From Actinomycetes bacterium (GTDB lineage Bacteria; Auribacterota; JAJCYG01), in assembly GCA_029263055.1 (NCBI GenBank), contig JAJCYG010000058.1, positions 3,587 to 67,586 on the forward strand: DNA of 64,000 nt. The letters are read 5' to 3'. A model generated the notes under the pieces. It saw only the letters and a program-made list of their open reading frames with translations, had not been told where the DNA came from and did no database searches. Made by a program: the position numbers and the translations under genes. Below, one piece after another: positions 18,783 to 31,100 of this stretch. Within the stretch, counting starts at the first letter, position 1. Each line of letters opens with the position of its first letter.

Positions 18783-21700
18783 CTATATAGCGGTGTCAAA
18801 GGCTCTATCTGATTGAACCTGAGTGAGTTGTGAGAAGCCTTCTTCTTCTACTAGAGTGGCAAAACGATCTCTCATGGAAGAAATTTGACCTTGAGTCACA
18901 GAGCTAAGAATCAACATAGGCAAAACAAAGTCATTCTTAGGTTTAATCTCATCTGGAAGTTTGATTGCAGCCACACCCGCACCGACATCACTTAATTCAG
19001 ACCGGTAAAGCACATGAATCAAGTGGTGGTAAAGAGCAGGATCTTGACGGGAAAGCTGTTTTAATAGTGTTTCAGCCCGAGGCATGGTATCAAGCAACTC
19101 TTGATAACCCCGCACAAAGCGTTCAAATAGAGGCTGATAACGGGTAAATTGAAGCAGTTCTCGATATTGCTGACGTAATTTTTTCAACTCTTCTCTTTTA
19201 AATTCATCTGACAAAATCTCAACAACTCTAGAAGCCCCTTTTGAATAAGAAATGTCATCTTTGCCAATGCCAAAATCTGAATAAGCATGATGAATCACAA
19301 TTTCTTCTCCCTTTTTAGGAATACGCGCCCCTAATTCACGGTCTAAATAAATACCGGTTAAATTATAAATTTTCTCAACTAATCGAAGGCGCTCAGTTTC
19401 AAGTTTGGTGTAGATTTTAGCAGGATCAAAAATTTCACGCGAAGAAACCTCTTCTAAGAATGCAGCCACACCACCAAGAGAGCCTTCTTCTTTACCTGCC
19501 ATCAGAGCTCGTAGCACTTTTGCTGCTTCTTTCATACTACTTGAGTCTGTTTTAAAGCCTAACTTGTCATCAATCTCTTTCTTCACACCTAAATCATGAG
19601 CCACACGGTTAAAACGTTCTAATTCACTTTCTCGTTCCAACATCGAAGTTAAAACATAAAAGAGTTCGTTATAATTTAAGCGTCCTGTCTCTTTATATAA
19701 TTTAAGCTCTCGCTTCCATTTCTCTGCTTTCTCTAACAAATCTCTACGAGAAATTTCAAGTTCTGAGTTAACCGCTAATTCAACTTGAATGGTTTCTGAC
19801 TTGGCCTCAATATTTCCGTTATAGACTAAAAAGAAATCGCCACCTGACATAAACTTATCATCGCCAAGTGATTTAAAATCAACGTCACTAAAGCTTGGAT
19901 CAATTTCCGTTAACTGGCCTTGAAACTCTGAAACCAACTGTTTTCGAATTCTAGCCAATGTTTCCGGACGTGTGTTTTTAGCCGCGCCCCCTTTTTTGCG
20001 CCAAACATGATCGAGTTTATCTGCATTTTGTTTGATCACACTCTCCATTAACACGCGGTAGGCGCGCTCCATGTTTTCGAAAAGCTTTCCTGCCTTGCGC
20101 TCATCTCCACGTGGGATCATTTTTCTTTGATCTGAATCTTTAACAGATAAAACCGAAGTTAAAAAATTTAGTTTGATTCGTGGGTCAAGTTGACCACGTA
20201 TAGGCTCTTCATTAGCCCCTTTTTCTCGCACGTCTGTAGAACGAAACACTTTACCTCTCACGTTAGCAAGGATAGAGCGAACCGCTCCTTTTAACACCTT
20301 AATCTCTTCAGACTCATTTAAACCATTCCCTGTTTCTACAGGCATCCAAAGATAAATAGAATCTGGGGGCCCTCTAAAAGTAAAAATCGGGGCGTTCCAA
20401 CCATGAAAAAATTCGTCTCCTCTTTGACGTTCGGCTAATTCTCTGTTTAATTTTTCAACTTGCTCCCACACATAAGTTAAAATCGCAGAAATCACATCAT
20501 CGGTTCCGCCATGAGTTAAAACTTCATTAAGAAACTTTGTGTTCACTCCCATCAATTGTGGACTAATCACACGAAACTTCTTAAACATCTCTTCTCGTAC
20601 TTTTTGACGAATAAAAGTCGCATCTTCTTCATCTTCTTCATCTAAGTCATAATTGTCTTTAAGAATTTGCCCACGCATTTCTTCTTCGTATTTAAGAACT
20701 TCAGCTTTAATCGTATCACTTATATAGCCAATATCAATTTGAACCAAATAACCTGAAGTTCTTACATTGGTAATCGTATTCTGAATCGCCGACTTTTTAT
20801 TGGGCATACGAAAAAAACGACCATCTTGCTGACCAAAAACAAGGCTAGAGCCTCTTGTTTGTGCTTGGGCCAGTATATAGTCTTCGTTATTTAAGACTTC
20901 TAACTTTTCGTCATTACGATGTCTGTTTTGATTTAAGGGATCGGCATCTGGATGAAGTAAGGCCACAGCATCTTTACCACTTTCAGATAAAGTTTGCGAA
21001 GCAATTTCATTACGCAAGACCCACTGCTCTAAAATATTTGGCGCGGTTCGTTTTACACTCCCATTCATATCTCTTAAGGTTTCTTTAAAAGAAGAGGCCA
21101 CACCAGTCAATGTTGAAGAATCTAAAACACCGGCATAATAAGCATGAGGTTTAAAGTCAACAAAGTGTTCTGGATATTCTTGCTGTACCTCAAAAAAAGT
21201 TTGATCTAAGTCATCTTCATTTTCATAAACCAAGAAATATTGCTCTGAGTGTTGAACCACGTTCACTCCTTTTTCTCGAAGCAACCGTAATATTCCGGGG
21301 TTATTATTTTGAACTTCTTCTTCATAATACTCTCCTTCAAAAAGGAGACGGCGCACTTCATCATCTTTAGGGTTTTCTTTACCCATTGTTTTAATACGAG
21401 AATCCCCATCTAACTGCAAAACACCTAATTGATATTTTCCTTTGATTAGACGGCGCAGATAAGTTTGAATTTGAAACATGACTTGTTCAACCACTTCAGG
21501 ATCAGATGTGGGTAAAACAACAACTCTCTCATCGCCACCATTCACATAACTAAATCCGCTATAAGCTTTATTTCCTATTTGGCGAACCACATTATTTAAA
21601 ATACGTTGCATGGCATTGTCAAAATCAGCTAAAAAAACATCCATAATTTCATTGGTATAAATCCAATTACGAAGTTTTAAATTGTTCACATCAATAAAGA

Positions 21701-22040
21701 TCAAATAAAAATCATCTAATTCGCCAGAAGGATCCATTCCAAGACGAATCAACTCACGCGCTTTTTCTTCTCCTGTCGTAATATCATATGCTGTTCGAAC
21801 CGATTTTCCTTTTAAGAGATCATCGTAAAAACTGTCAGGAACAGATAATTGATCGGCAAGCGAAGGAAGAAACATATCTTGTAAAGATTCTTGTTGGGCA
21901 ACAGCAGGCAAATCAGAAAAGGGCGCAAGAAAGCTGTTTTGCTTAATAGAACTTGCTGGCAAGCTCCAAGAAAGTAAAACAGCTAAACATAGGCTAAAAA
22001 GCCTATATAAAGAGATGTGTTTTGTTGAGTCCCGTTTCAT
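18783..22040 (-). CDS. Signal-peptide-bearing protein with two GGDEF-like domains (putative diguanylate cyclase-like), 1085 aa
   Basis: N-terminal hydrophobic stretch LFSLCLAVLLSWSLPA. Domain 1: FYLIFIDVNNLKLRN..MDVFL..NGGDERVVVLP. Degenerate domain 2: LVQIDIG..TKFLNEVLTHGGTDDVI..FRGPPDSIYLWMP. GAGG RBS upstream. Confidence 0.8.
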   Translation of the reverse strand: MKRDSTKHISLYRLFSLCLAVLLSWSLPASSIKQNSFLAPFSDLPAVAQQESLQDMFLPSLADQLSVPDSFYDDLLKGKSVRTAYDITTGEEKARELIRLGMDPSGELDDFYLIFIDVNNLKLRNWIYTNEIMDVFLADFDNAMQRILNNVVRQIGNKAYSGFSYVNGGDERVVVLPTSDPEVVEQVMFQIQTYLRRLIKGKYQLGVLQLDGDSRIKTMGKENPKDDEVRRLLFEGEYYEEEVQNNNPGILRLLREKGVNVVQHSEQYFLVYENEDDLDQTFFEVQQEYPEHFVDFKPHAYYAGVLDSSTLTGVASSFKETLRDMNGSVKRTAPNILEQWVLRNEIASQTLSESGKDAVALLHPDADPLNQNRHRNDEKLEVLNNEDYILAQAQTRGSSLVFGQQDGRFFRMPNKKSAIQNTITNVRTSGYLVQIDIGYISDTIKAEVLKYEEEMRGQILKDNYDLDEEDEEDATFIRQKVREEMFKKFRVISPQLMGVNTKFLNEVLTHGGTDDVISAILTYVWEQVEKLNRELAERQRGDEFFHGWNAPIFTFRGPPDSIYLWMPVETGNGLNESEEIKVLKGAVRSILANVRGKVFRSTDVREKGANEEPIRGQLDPRIKLNFLTSVLSVKDSDQRKMIPRGDERKAGKLFENMERAYRVLMESVIKQNADKLDHVWRKKGGAAKNTRPETLARIRKQLVSEFQGQLTEIDPSFSDVDFKSLGDDKFMSGGDFFLVYNGNIEAKSETIQVELAVNSELEISRRDLLEKAEKWKRELKLYKETGRLNYNELFYVLTSMLERESELERFNRVAHDLGVKKEIDDKLGFKTDSSSMKEAAKVLRALMAGKEEGSLGGVAAFLEEVSSREIFDPAKIYTKLETERLRLVEKIYNLTGIYLDRELGARIPKKGEEIVIHHAYSDFGIGKDDISYSKGASRVVEILSDEFKREELKKLRQQYRELLQFTRYQPLFERFVRGYQELLDTMPRAETLLKQLSRQDPALYHHLIHVLYRSELSDVGAGVAAIKLPDEIKPKNDFVLPMLILSSVTQGQISSMRDRFATLVEEEGFSQLTQVQSDRAFDTAI

Positions 22041-22076
22041 TAAAACCTCTAAATCCCGTCATAAAAATTAAATACA

Positions 22077-22104
22077 AATATACATGATTTTCAGGATTTG
22101 TCAA
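22077..22104 (-). promoter_or_regulatory. Possible sigma70-type promoter of the GGDEF-like gene
   Basis: CCTTGACAAA as in the other two promoters, then 16 bp and TATATT. Confidence 0.5.
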
Positions 22105-22126
22105 GGGACACTATATCTTGTATGTC

Positions 22127-25100
22127 CTAAATAGCGTGGTCAAAAGGGTCTACAAGAGGAATTAAAGGTAGATTAGTTTCAGCGTCGGGGCTATTTTTAT
22201 CGACGATAAAAAGAACTTTTGGGGCGATTGAAAAGACCTGTAATTGGCGCACTGCAGGATGTTCCCAGTTTCTATCCAAATATTGCCTTAGTCGAAGGGG
22301 TGAAACAGAATCAGCCACAACCACGTAATTGGCCAAATCTTTTTGATAAGCTGAAAGCTGGGCCCACTTTGAAAGAGGAATCCAAATCAGAGACGCCTCT
22401 TCTTTTTCAGACAACAAGCGGGCAAAATCTGTTGTCACATCTGCGATTTGAGCACTTCCATCAAAAGCGTCTCTCAATATCTCTTCAAGATCGGAATCAA
22501 AAATCACGTTCCATTCAGGTGAAGGAACAAGAGACTGGTAATTACGCTGAGTTTGACGCATTTCAAGTTCTAACTCAATAGCGTACGGAATGAGTGCCAC
22601 TCTTGCTTGATATTCTTTCCAGTCAATATTCAGTAAATAGTTCATGCCATGTTCAGGATCAGAATCCCATACAACCATAAACTGTCCCCATTTCTCTCTT
22701 ATTCTTCCCCATTGCGTGGCCTCTTCTGAAACAAAAAAGTCGAGTGATGAACCTAAGATGGAAGTAACTTGATTCACTTGATCTGGATCTTGAACTAATT
22801 GATCAAGCTGCTCCACCACTTCTTTTAAAAATTCAGAAAAACGTTCTTGAGGCACCCAATCTTTCCAATCTTGAGGAGGAACAATCGATTTTTTAACTTG
22901 ATTGAGTCTAGACTCAAAGCGGAACATTTCTTTTAAATACTCATTAGTCCCGGTTTGGCGGTATTGCTCCCAGGCCTCGTCATCTTTGCGCGAAAGTGCG
23001 GACTTCAATTGTTGGAGCGCGACTTTCATGGCAGTTAAAACCATATCTCGGTCATTCCTTGAATCATTCAAAAGTTTTTCTACTGAATCAACGTAAGGAA
23101 AGCGAGTGTCTGGAAAATAACGTGTGATCAAAAATTGAATTTTGCTCCATTCTAAATGGAGAAGAAAGTGGTCAAGAAAATCAGCATCTTGGTAAAGAAA
23201 CTGATACTGAATACGGAAAAGAACTTCTTGGGCTTGCACCCAATCCTTATCTTGTAGTTGAAAACTCTGGCGCAAACCATTTTTAGCAGACACAGCTTCT
23301 AGGTCGAGAGAATCGTCTAGATCAGATTGAGCCAAAACCGAAGTCCACTGTAACAATTCTATTTGGTCTAATTGAGTGGGAACCCACAAAACATCCATAT
23401 TCAAATCAAGAGTGGGTTCGGGCAAAGAGACCACACCCAAACTTAAGGAACCATCATCAGGGGCTGCTTGGGTTAGCAACCTCTCTTGCTCACTTAACTG
23501 CCCAAACAGCGGGGAATCTATATCAACAGGTGATCGAATACCATCGCGATTATTAGCTTGAATAACCCAACTGACAAGGGTTTTAGCGCGGCTCACATCC
23601 GCTGCTTCAAAAAGAGACCCTTCAATCGTTTGATGCTCTTGAAAATAAAGCAACAACTCATGTGCTTTTTTCAAGGCTAAGAACTCGGTATAATGCGTGC
23701 TAATTTGTTTCATTATACCCATAGTCGAACTATCTAGGTGACGCTTACGAACCAGCTTTGGAACCACACTCGTCAAAAACTCATAAATAGAAGCAATGCT
23801 TTGTCCATCTTCTTGGAGCAAGTTAATACCACTACGAAAAAGTTCTAACTGATTAAGGAAAAGCCCTTTTTGGCCCAACTCATTAGCCAGTTGCCCTGAA
23901 AATTCATCAAACGCATTACGGATGGTAAAAAAATCTAACGGAACAAGTAGCTCCCTCTGATCCAGTTTCTTTTGAAGGGCTCGAATGCGACGAACCTCCC
24001 CTGTTATTTCCATGCGACGCTCATATCTTGCTTCATAAGTATAGACCAAATAGTTTAAGAGATTTTTTTGTTCGACAATTAAGCCCTCTCTTTCAGTCAT
24101 CTCTCCTCTAGAGTTATCTTGAACATAACTCTCAACAGCAGCAACCAAGGGAACACTTATTTGAGTTTGAATGCCTTCTCTTAATTTTAATTCTCTCTTA
24201 ACAATCATCATTTCAGAAAGAATCGCAATTTGTTCACCAAGAACAGTCTCACTTATAGGCTCAAACTCGAGCAAGATCAACTTTAGTTCTAATAAAACCT
24301 CTCTTGAAACATCTTCTGTTAAACTCTGGTTTAACACATCCTTAAAAAGAGTCTCTTCATCCCAATCCCAATTAGGTTCAAAAGGGTCTTCGGCTAAATC
24401 AATATAAGGCAGAGAAAAATCATCAAGAAGAGTGGGTGAGTTTGGATCGCCATTTAATCGACTCTGGACCAAAGATAACAGTTGGCCCACTAAAGGCTCT
24501 ATCTTTCTTTTTTGAGTCCGCTCTTTATGCTTTGCACTGATTCTTTGCTCAAATTCAAGAAAATAAGCTTCCATTTCAGGCACATCTAAAAAGCCAAGTT
24601 CTCGCACAGCTTTAGCTGCTATCTGGGCCTCTGTCGCATCATCAGCAAGCTCTTTACGCCCTTTTTCTCTCTCTTTTTTAATTAAGGCATCTACCTCTGC
24701 CCGTTTATCGATAAAAGTTACCTCAGAAGCATTAACGTCCCACTCGTCCATTATAGCGGCAAACTTGGCTTCAAACTTTTTAGACGGATAAGAATTAAGC
24801 ACTTCTTTTTCATAAAGCGACTCAGCTAACTGGGCCCGATCATAAAGCTCAATAAATTCACGTCTTAACTCAACAAAACGCTCTGCTCGCTTCGAATAGT
24901 CCTGAATTTCATCCAGTTTTGATAACTGCTGCAGTAAAAGAAGTATCTTCCAATCAAAGAGAGAAACTTTTTCTTCTAAATCTTGTTCTTGATTCATTGT
25001 TAAACTATCAAACGCATCATCAAATGAGGCATCAGAATCACTACTTAATGTTGTCACCTCTAGTTTAAGACGACTGAGTCGACCCGTATCTTGGTGCATT

Positions 25101-28100
25101 TTTCCCTTACCCGAAAGACCCCTTAAAATAAGTCGCGCTTTTTCTTCAACCGTTTCAGCCGTTGCTTCTTGATCAAAAAGACTATTTAGTTCATCACTAT
25201 ACTGCGACCAATTTCCTTGAGTCTGTTGCGACAAAACCAAATCAAAGTAATCTAGTCGAGCTTGAGGAAACTGTTTTCGTTTTCCTTTTGATTGAATATT
25301 GGCTAATCGAGCTTGAATAAAATCTTCGCTAATCGCCTTTTTATCTTCATATTGCGCTTCTAACCAAACTCTTTTTTGTTCTAATTCTTCTTGGGTTAAA
25401 GAAACCGTAACCCCATAAGTCTCTGCAGCTTCTCTATACTCTCTTTTTAAGGCGGCTACTTTTTCTCGAAGGACTTTGACCTGATCAGGCTCAATTGCTG
25501 GAGTCAATTCATCAACAATATGCTGAAACCGAGTGGCTGTCAGAACGGGTTCCCACACAAAATCAAAAAAGCTCGTTGTTGCAAGTGTCTTTTGGTGAAA
25601 AGCAACATCGCCTGTTTCCTCTAGATAAGCTTCTTGTACTTCTTCCATTTGCTTAATAATTTGTTGAATACGCGCTTCTTTTGAAGGGCGACCTAATCGA
25701 ACCCGCAAAACACCTAAGCTGGTCACTTCTGTTTCGTAGTCGAGAAGAGAGCGGTAATATTTATAACCTTCTGGTATTTGACTTAAAATATGGGGGATAC
25801 TAAATGCGGTAAAATTTAATTCTGGATCACGGATATTTTCTGTTGAAGGCTTGGAACTTTTAAGTAACGCATAATAAAGATAACCGGTAATCACTCGAGA
25901 AAAACCAAATTCTTTTCTTCTCACACCGGCCATTCCATTCTGAATACCAAATCGACCAAACTCCCGATCAATCATAAATGGAACAATATTAAAAAGAGCT
26001 TTCATTAGTTTTTCTAAAACATCTTGCTCTTGTTCAGCATCTAACTCATCTAAAGTGAGTCCTGAAAAAGCAACACTGTTGTCATGAATAATGGCTGCTA
26101 AATCAATTAGTTTTTCTCCTCGAGCCAAACCATCTTCATGTGTTTGGGTCCATTCATCATAAATTTTGTTCCAAATTAAACTCACATGATGTTCCCATTT
26201 GGCATATGAAATGCGATCTGCTTCTGGAACATTTTCATCAAAGAAAAGTCTGTCCATTTCTGCCACTTCATTGATTAATTCTTTTAAGTTTTTTTCTGTA
26301 GAATCGCCTTCCTGAGAAGAAAAAGTGAGTGTTTGTTCTTTTAAGACATCTTGTAAGGCAGATTCAAAACGGCCTAGAAGCGCTGTTAACAAAAGAGGAT
26401 CTATCTCATGGGCCAAAGAGACCAATCTTTTTTCTGTTTCAGCATCAAACTTATCTTCTGGTTTCACTTTTGGATGAGACTGATTCCCTAACACCTGAGA
26501 AAGAGCACTCATTAGAGACCCATATTCATCAAGTAGACCCTCTTCTTCTAACCACATTAAAAGAGGCGCACCAGAGGCTTCTGCAATCTTCTCAGATAAA
26601 CGCTTTTTTAAAAATGTAAGATCAGACTCTAAATCAGAAGATTGTTTGACCACATTTTCAAAAAGGCCTGACCACACTCCAGAAAGCTCTTGTTCTTCTT
26701 GCTCGATCCACGGATACGCACGACTCCTTAATTCATAAAAAGAATTTCGAACGAGAATCGCTTCGCTATATTTAATACCAGAAACCAATGTTGCTTTTTT
26801 CTTTTGCCATTGAAACCAAGCTTTTCGCTCATCAATTTTGATCTTAAGTTTATTTAAGAACGAAAGGTAATTGGCTTGAAGGGTTAATTCATTTGACTCC
26901 CCTTTTGTTAGTCGAGCATGTTTTTCAATCCAAGCCGTAAGACCCTTTACCCTCTTTTCAACTTCATGAAGTTCTGTTTCAACTTCAATCTTTTCAATGC
27001 CTTTACCTAATCGGTCAATTTGAGGAACTGTTTTTGGCAAATAATGACGTAAGGCTAAATATAAAGTACTACGTAACATGATATAAAAGTCTTTGTACGG
27101 AGCCTTCTTTTTTTCAGTTAAGTTTGACAATAATTCAACAAATTCACCTAATTCTTGAACCTCTTGTCGAGAAACTCTCCCTTTTTCCTTATCATCAAGA
27201 AACTTTTTCTGAAGAGCTTCTAAATCAAACGTTCCAGCAAACGCTTCCCACTTCACTAAAATAGTAGAGGCTGAAGTTACGTCATCATTTAGAAAATCTT
27301 CTAAATCACGAATTAAAAGACCCAGTCCTTCGTACTCGGGATTTTGTTCTGAGAGGGTTGAATAAATTTTTTGAGCAAGAGTAAGAGCCTCTTGATATTC
27401 GAGCAATATTATTTTGTGTGTGACCACACTCAATGAAGAGGTAAGGTCAAGAACGTCTTCAGGTTCAAACTGATCTTGCAACCGAACCGCATCTTCTTCT
27501 GCAGCACGAAAACGCTTAGCAAAGTCTCGCTCTAAAGTACGAGTACGCCCATGATCAGGCGCTGTTTCATTTTTTCTTTGACGGCGAGCGATAATTTCTT
27601 GAAGGTCTGTATTTGAATCACTAGTACTGGCTGATACTGTTGGAGGTGGATCAGCAATAGCCTCTAAGAGCGGCGCCTGATCAACAGGCTTATCAGCCAC
27701 AGCATCAGGAAGTGGAGAGGCTTCAGCAGGAGCAATCGTTTCAGCGATAACAGGCTCAACAAAAGCCTCTGACTCAGCGCTAACGGGTTCAGAAAGTACA
27801 GGCTCTTCTGTTGGGAGTAATAAAAAGGGTTGAGAGGTTGCAGGCTCAGCCGTTGGAGTAGAACCAAAATAAGGGACCCAGCTTGGCACCCAGCTCCGAT
27901 CAGAAACCACTAAATGGGGTGCGACTTTAAATGAGACGCCCGTTTTATCATCATCAGGAAGCTTTCGTCGAACGTGATCCGCATCTTGTTGGCGGGCTTG
28001 GGCTTGTTGTAAAACAAATTCTAAAGAACCGGTTGCAATTCCCGCTTCAATTTCAGCGTGAGTTAAGGGATCATGAATTCCATCACTCGAAAGAAAAAGA

Positions 28101-31100
28101 GTCGATCCAGCAGGAGCACTAGTCACGGTAAAAATAGGTTTTGAACGATGGTAAGGCTCTTTAGGATTAAACACAGTCATCGCATTGTTGACGGTATTTC
28201 GAAATTTAAATAGCCAGCCCACTCCAGCTTCTTCAATGACCTCAGCCGTGTCTACTTCTGAGAGAATTTTTTGACTATTATTACCATCCCCTTTTAAAGA
28301 AGCTTTAACTTCCTTTAAAGTAAAAACCTTTTCGGTTTCCTCTTTTTTAGGCAAAAGATTATCAAGTGTTAAAAACTGTAATTGGTTTTTTCTAGATTTT
28401 GGGTTGTAAAGATAAGCACGGCTATCAGCAATACTGAGCACAAAAACACGCGCTTCTCGTTTTTTAGGATCAGGAATGGAAACAGCGACAGTTAATGTTG
28501 TGCCTCCCGCACTCAGCTCTTCATCTATTTGTTTTTGAGCCGCATAAAATGCTTCTCTCAGCAGAGCTAACACTTGGCCATCTATCATCTCTAAACTAAA
28601 GAAAGGAGCCACAGCCTGAAATTGATCGCGTGCTATTTTAGACGCAGCAGCCCCATTGGCAACGCCCCCCATTCCATCAAAGAGACCGGTGTATTGAATT
28701 CCGTCAGAAAGTTCTTCAACAAAAACAGTATCCTCATTCACGCCACCTTGGTCACGGTGATAATCGCCTATTACAGTAAAAGCTGAAATCGTTTGAGGTG
28801 TTGAAGCAGGCTCGAGTACTGCAGGTGGAACAAATTCTAGCTGAGCAACAGCAACAGGTTCTTGTTGTACAGGTGCAGCTGCAGGTTCAAGTGATGGAGC
28901 AGGTATTGGCTCTGGTTTTGGGAGCTCAACAGCAGGAGCAACTATTTCAACATGATAAACAATACCACCCTTTGCCTTATGTTCTGGAGTAATCGTCACT
29001 CCATTTTCGGTAAGAGGCTCATCCCTGTCTGGCAACAAGAGAGTCTGTTCTGACCATTGGGTGTCTCTTCGATCAGAACGGATCCTCTTAAGCAGCCCCT
29101 CTTGATCTGGTTTTAAATCTGTAAGAGCAACTAAACGTTGTTCTTTTAAGCGTTCTGTTATATCCGTTAATGAAGCACCTAATCCAGAAGGAGAAAAAAC
29201 AAAACGAGCTTTATCTGGCCCGATCCTTGGAGCAGCCACAACACCTCGCTCTGAAGAAGCAGCTGAAATCAACCTGACAGCAAAAGGAAGCCTGGAAAAG
29301 AACCTGGCTAAAAGCTTAGATTTTTGATCTCGAGGAACACCTTTTTTAGCCATTTCTATAAACTCAGGCAGCGCCGCAGAAGATAGATTTTTATGTTTTG
29401 AATCCATGAACCCTGCCATTTCTTTGTTGCCTCGAAGCACAAAGACCTGGCTAGGGAAAAGTAGCTGTAATTTCAAAATTTGGTAAAGAAGTCTTTGATC
29501 TAAATAAACCGTTTTTGTGGTCTTATCCTCTCGGTCGACCAAGTCTAGTCCTAAATACGTTTCAACACCCTCAGGAAGATCGCTTCCCTCTTTATAAGCG
29601 GCTCCTGTTGACTTTTTCTTAATAACAGAGCCATTCATTGAATCGCCTAAAAAGACAAGCCGCACCGTTCTATCTTTAAGTCGTTGAATCAGTTCATCGG
29701 TAATAAAAGAATTCATAAAATCAGAGCTCGATTCAGAAACAAAAAGAGTCTCAACATCATCTTTAAATTCAAGATACTTTGGTTTCACCTTATTACTGAT
29801 CTTAAATTCTTTAGAAAAAGGAGATTCTTTAAGCAGAGATAACGTTGCTTCTAAAGAAAGAGGTTCATCTCTTTTATAAAGGATATAAGCTCGAAGTGAA
29901 CCCACCTTATCTTTACCGGTACGTGCTTTTATAATAGTAGGAATAAAACGTTTGAGTTCTTTATCTGAAATTTTTTCTAATGTCTCTTCAGGAAAAACAG
30001 ACAGCATTTCCAGCTGCTCATATAAAGAGAGACCTTGAAGCCATAAGGCCACATCCCCAGGTTGCGAAGTAGGGTTCACTCGAGATTCTAATCTCCAAAA
30101 AACTTGTTTTCTTTCTTCGACGGGGAGTAAATCTAAGTAACTCTGTTTAAATGAAAAGTTCTTTTCAGCAAATAAGTCAACCAATTCATCTAACTCAAAC
30201 AAAGCTTCTTCTTCAAAATGATACAGTAGTAAAGCCCTTAATATTTTTCTTGAATAAGCCGCTTCAGAAAGAATGGTTGTTCCACTTGTTTTAAGATTAT
30301 CATGTCCATTTACACGCACCAAATAACGGTGATGCCAGAAAAAGAGATAACGCAAAAACCCAGTGGTTCCCTCTTTTTGTAAAACCGATCGCTGCCTTCC
30401 CGTGTAAGAAGTGGGTGCTTCATTCTCAGACTCTTTACCTGCATAAGCCAATAACTTATCCACAAATTTTTTCAGTTTTTTAGGATCCACTGGTTTGTCA
30501 GAACCTATTTTGCTCCAAAAGGGGATTGAATTAATCAAAAGTTTTCTAAAGTCGTAAAGATCGACGCCCTCTTTTTCTAAAGTCTTAAAAAGATCTTCTC
30601 GATCATCACCCAAAAGGGCTTTATGATAAAAACGTATTTTTTCAAAATCAGTCAACACCTCTTCAAAGGCAAGGTCCTCATCTGGACTAGAAAACCAAGA
30701 CTGGTCGTTATTGTCGCGATCCCACTCCATCATAAAGTGAAAAAGTTCTTCAAATAATTCTATTTGGGCTAATCCCGTGCTCTCTAAAAGGGATGTGTCA
30801 AAAACAATCTCTAAAGTATCCCTATTGATATAGGCAAAACGACTCTCTCCATCTGTTTCAATAAAACGAAGTGGAGCAGGGTCCCCTTCACCCAATTCAA
30901 TATCAGCAAACCACGGAAAACGTTCTTTTAAACGCTTTTCAGCTCCAACATATGCCCCTTCAAATCGATCGGCAATGTCAGGATCCCGCGTCTTTAAAAA
31001 TTCCAGCATTTCAGAAAAAGATCGTGCAACCCCATCAGGTCTATTCGAATATTTTTTAAGTCTTGAGAAAAAGCCCTTCTTTTGTTCGGGAAGGGTAACC

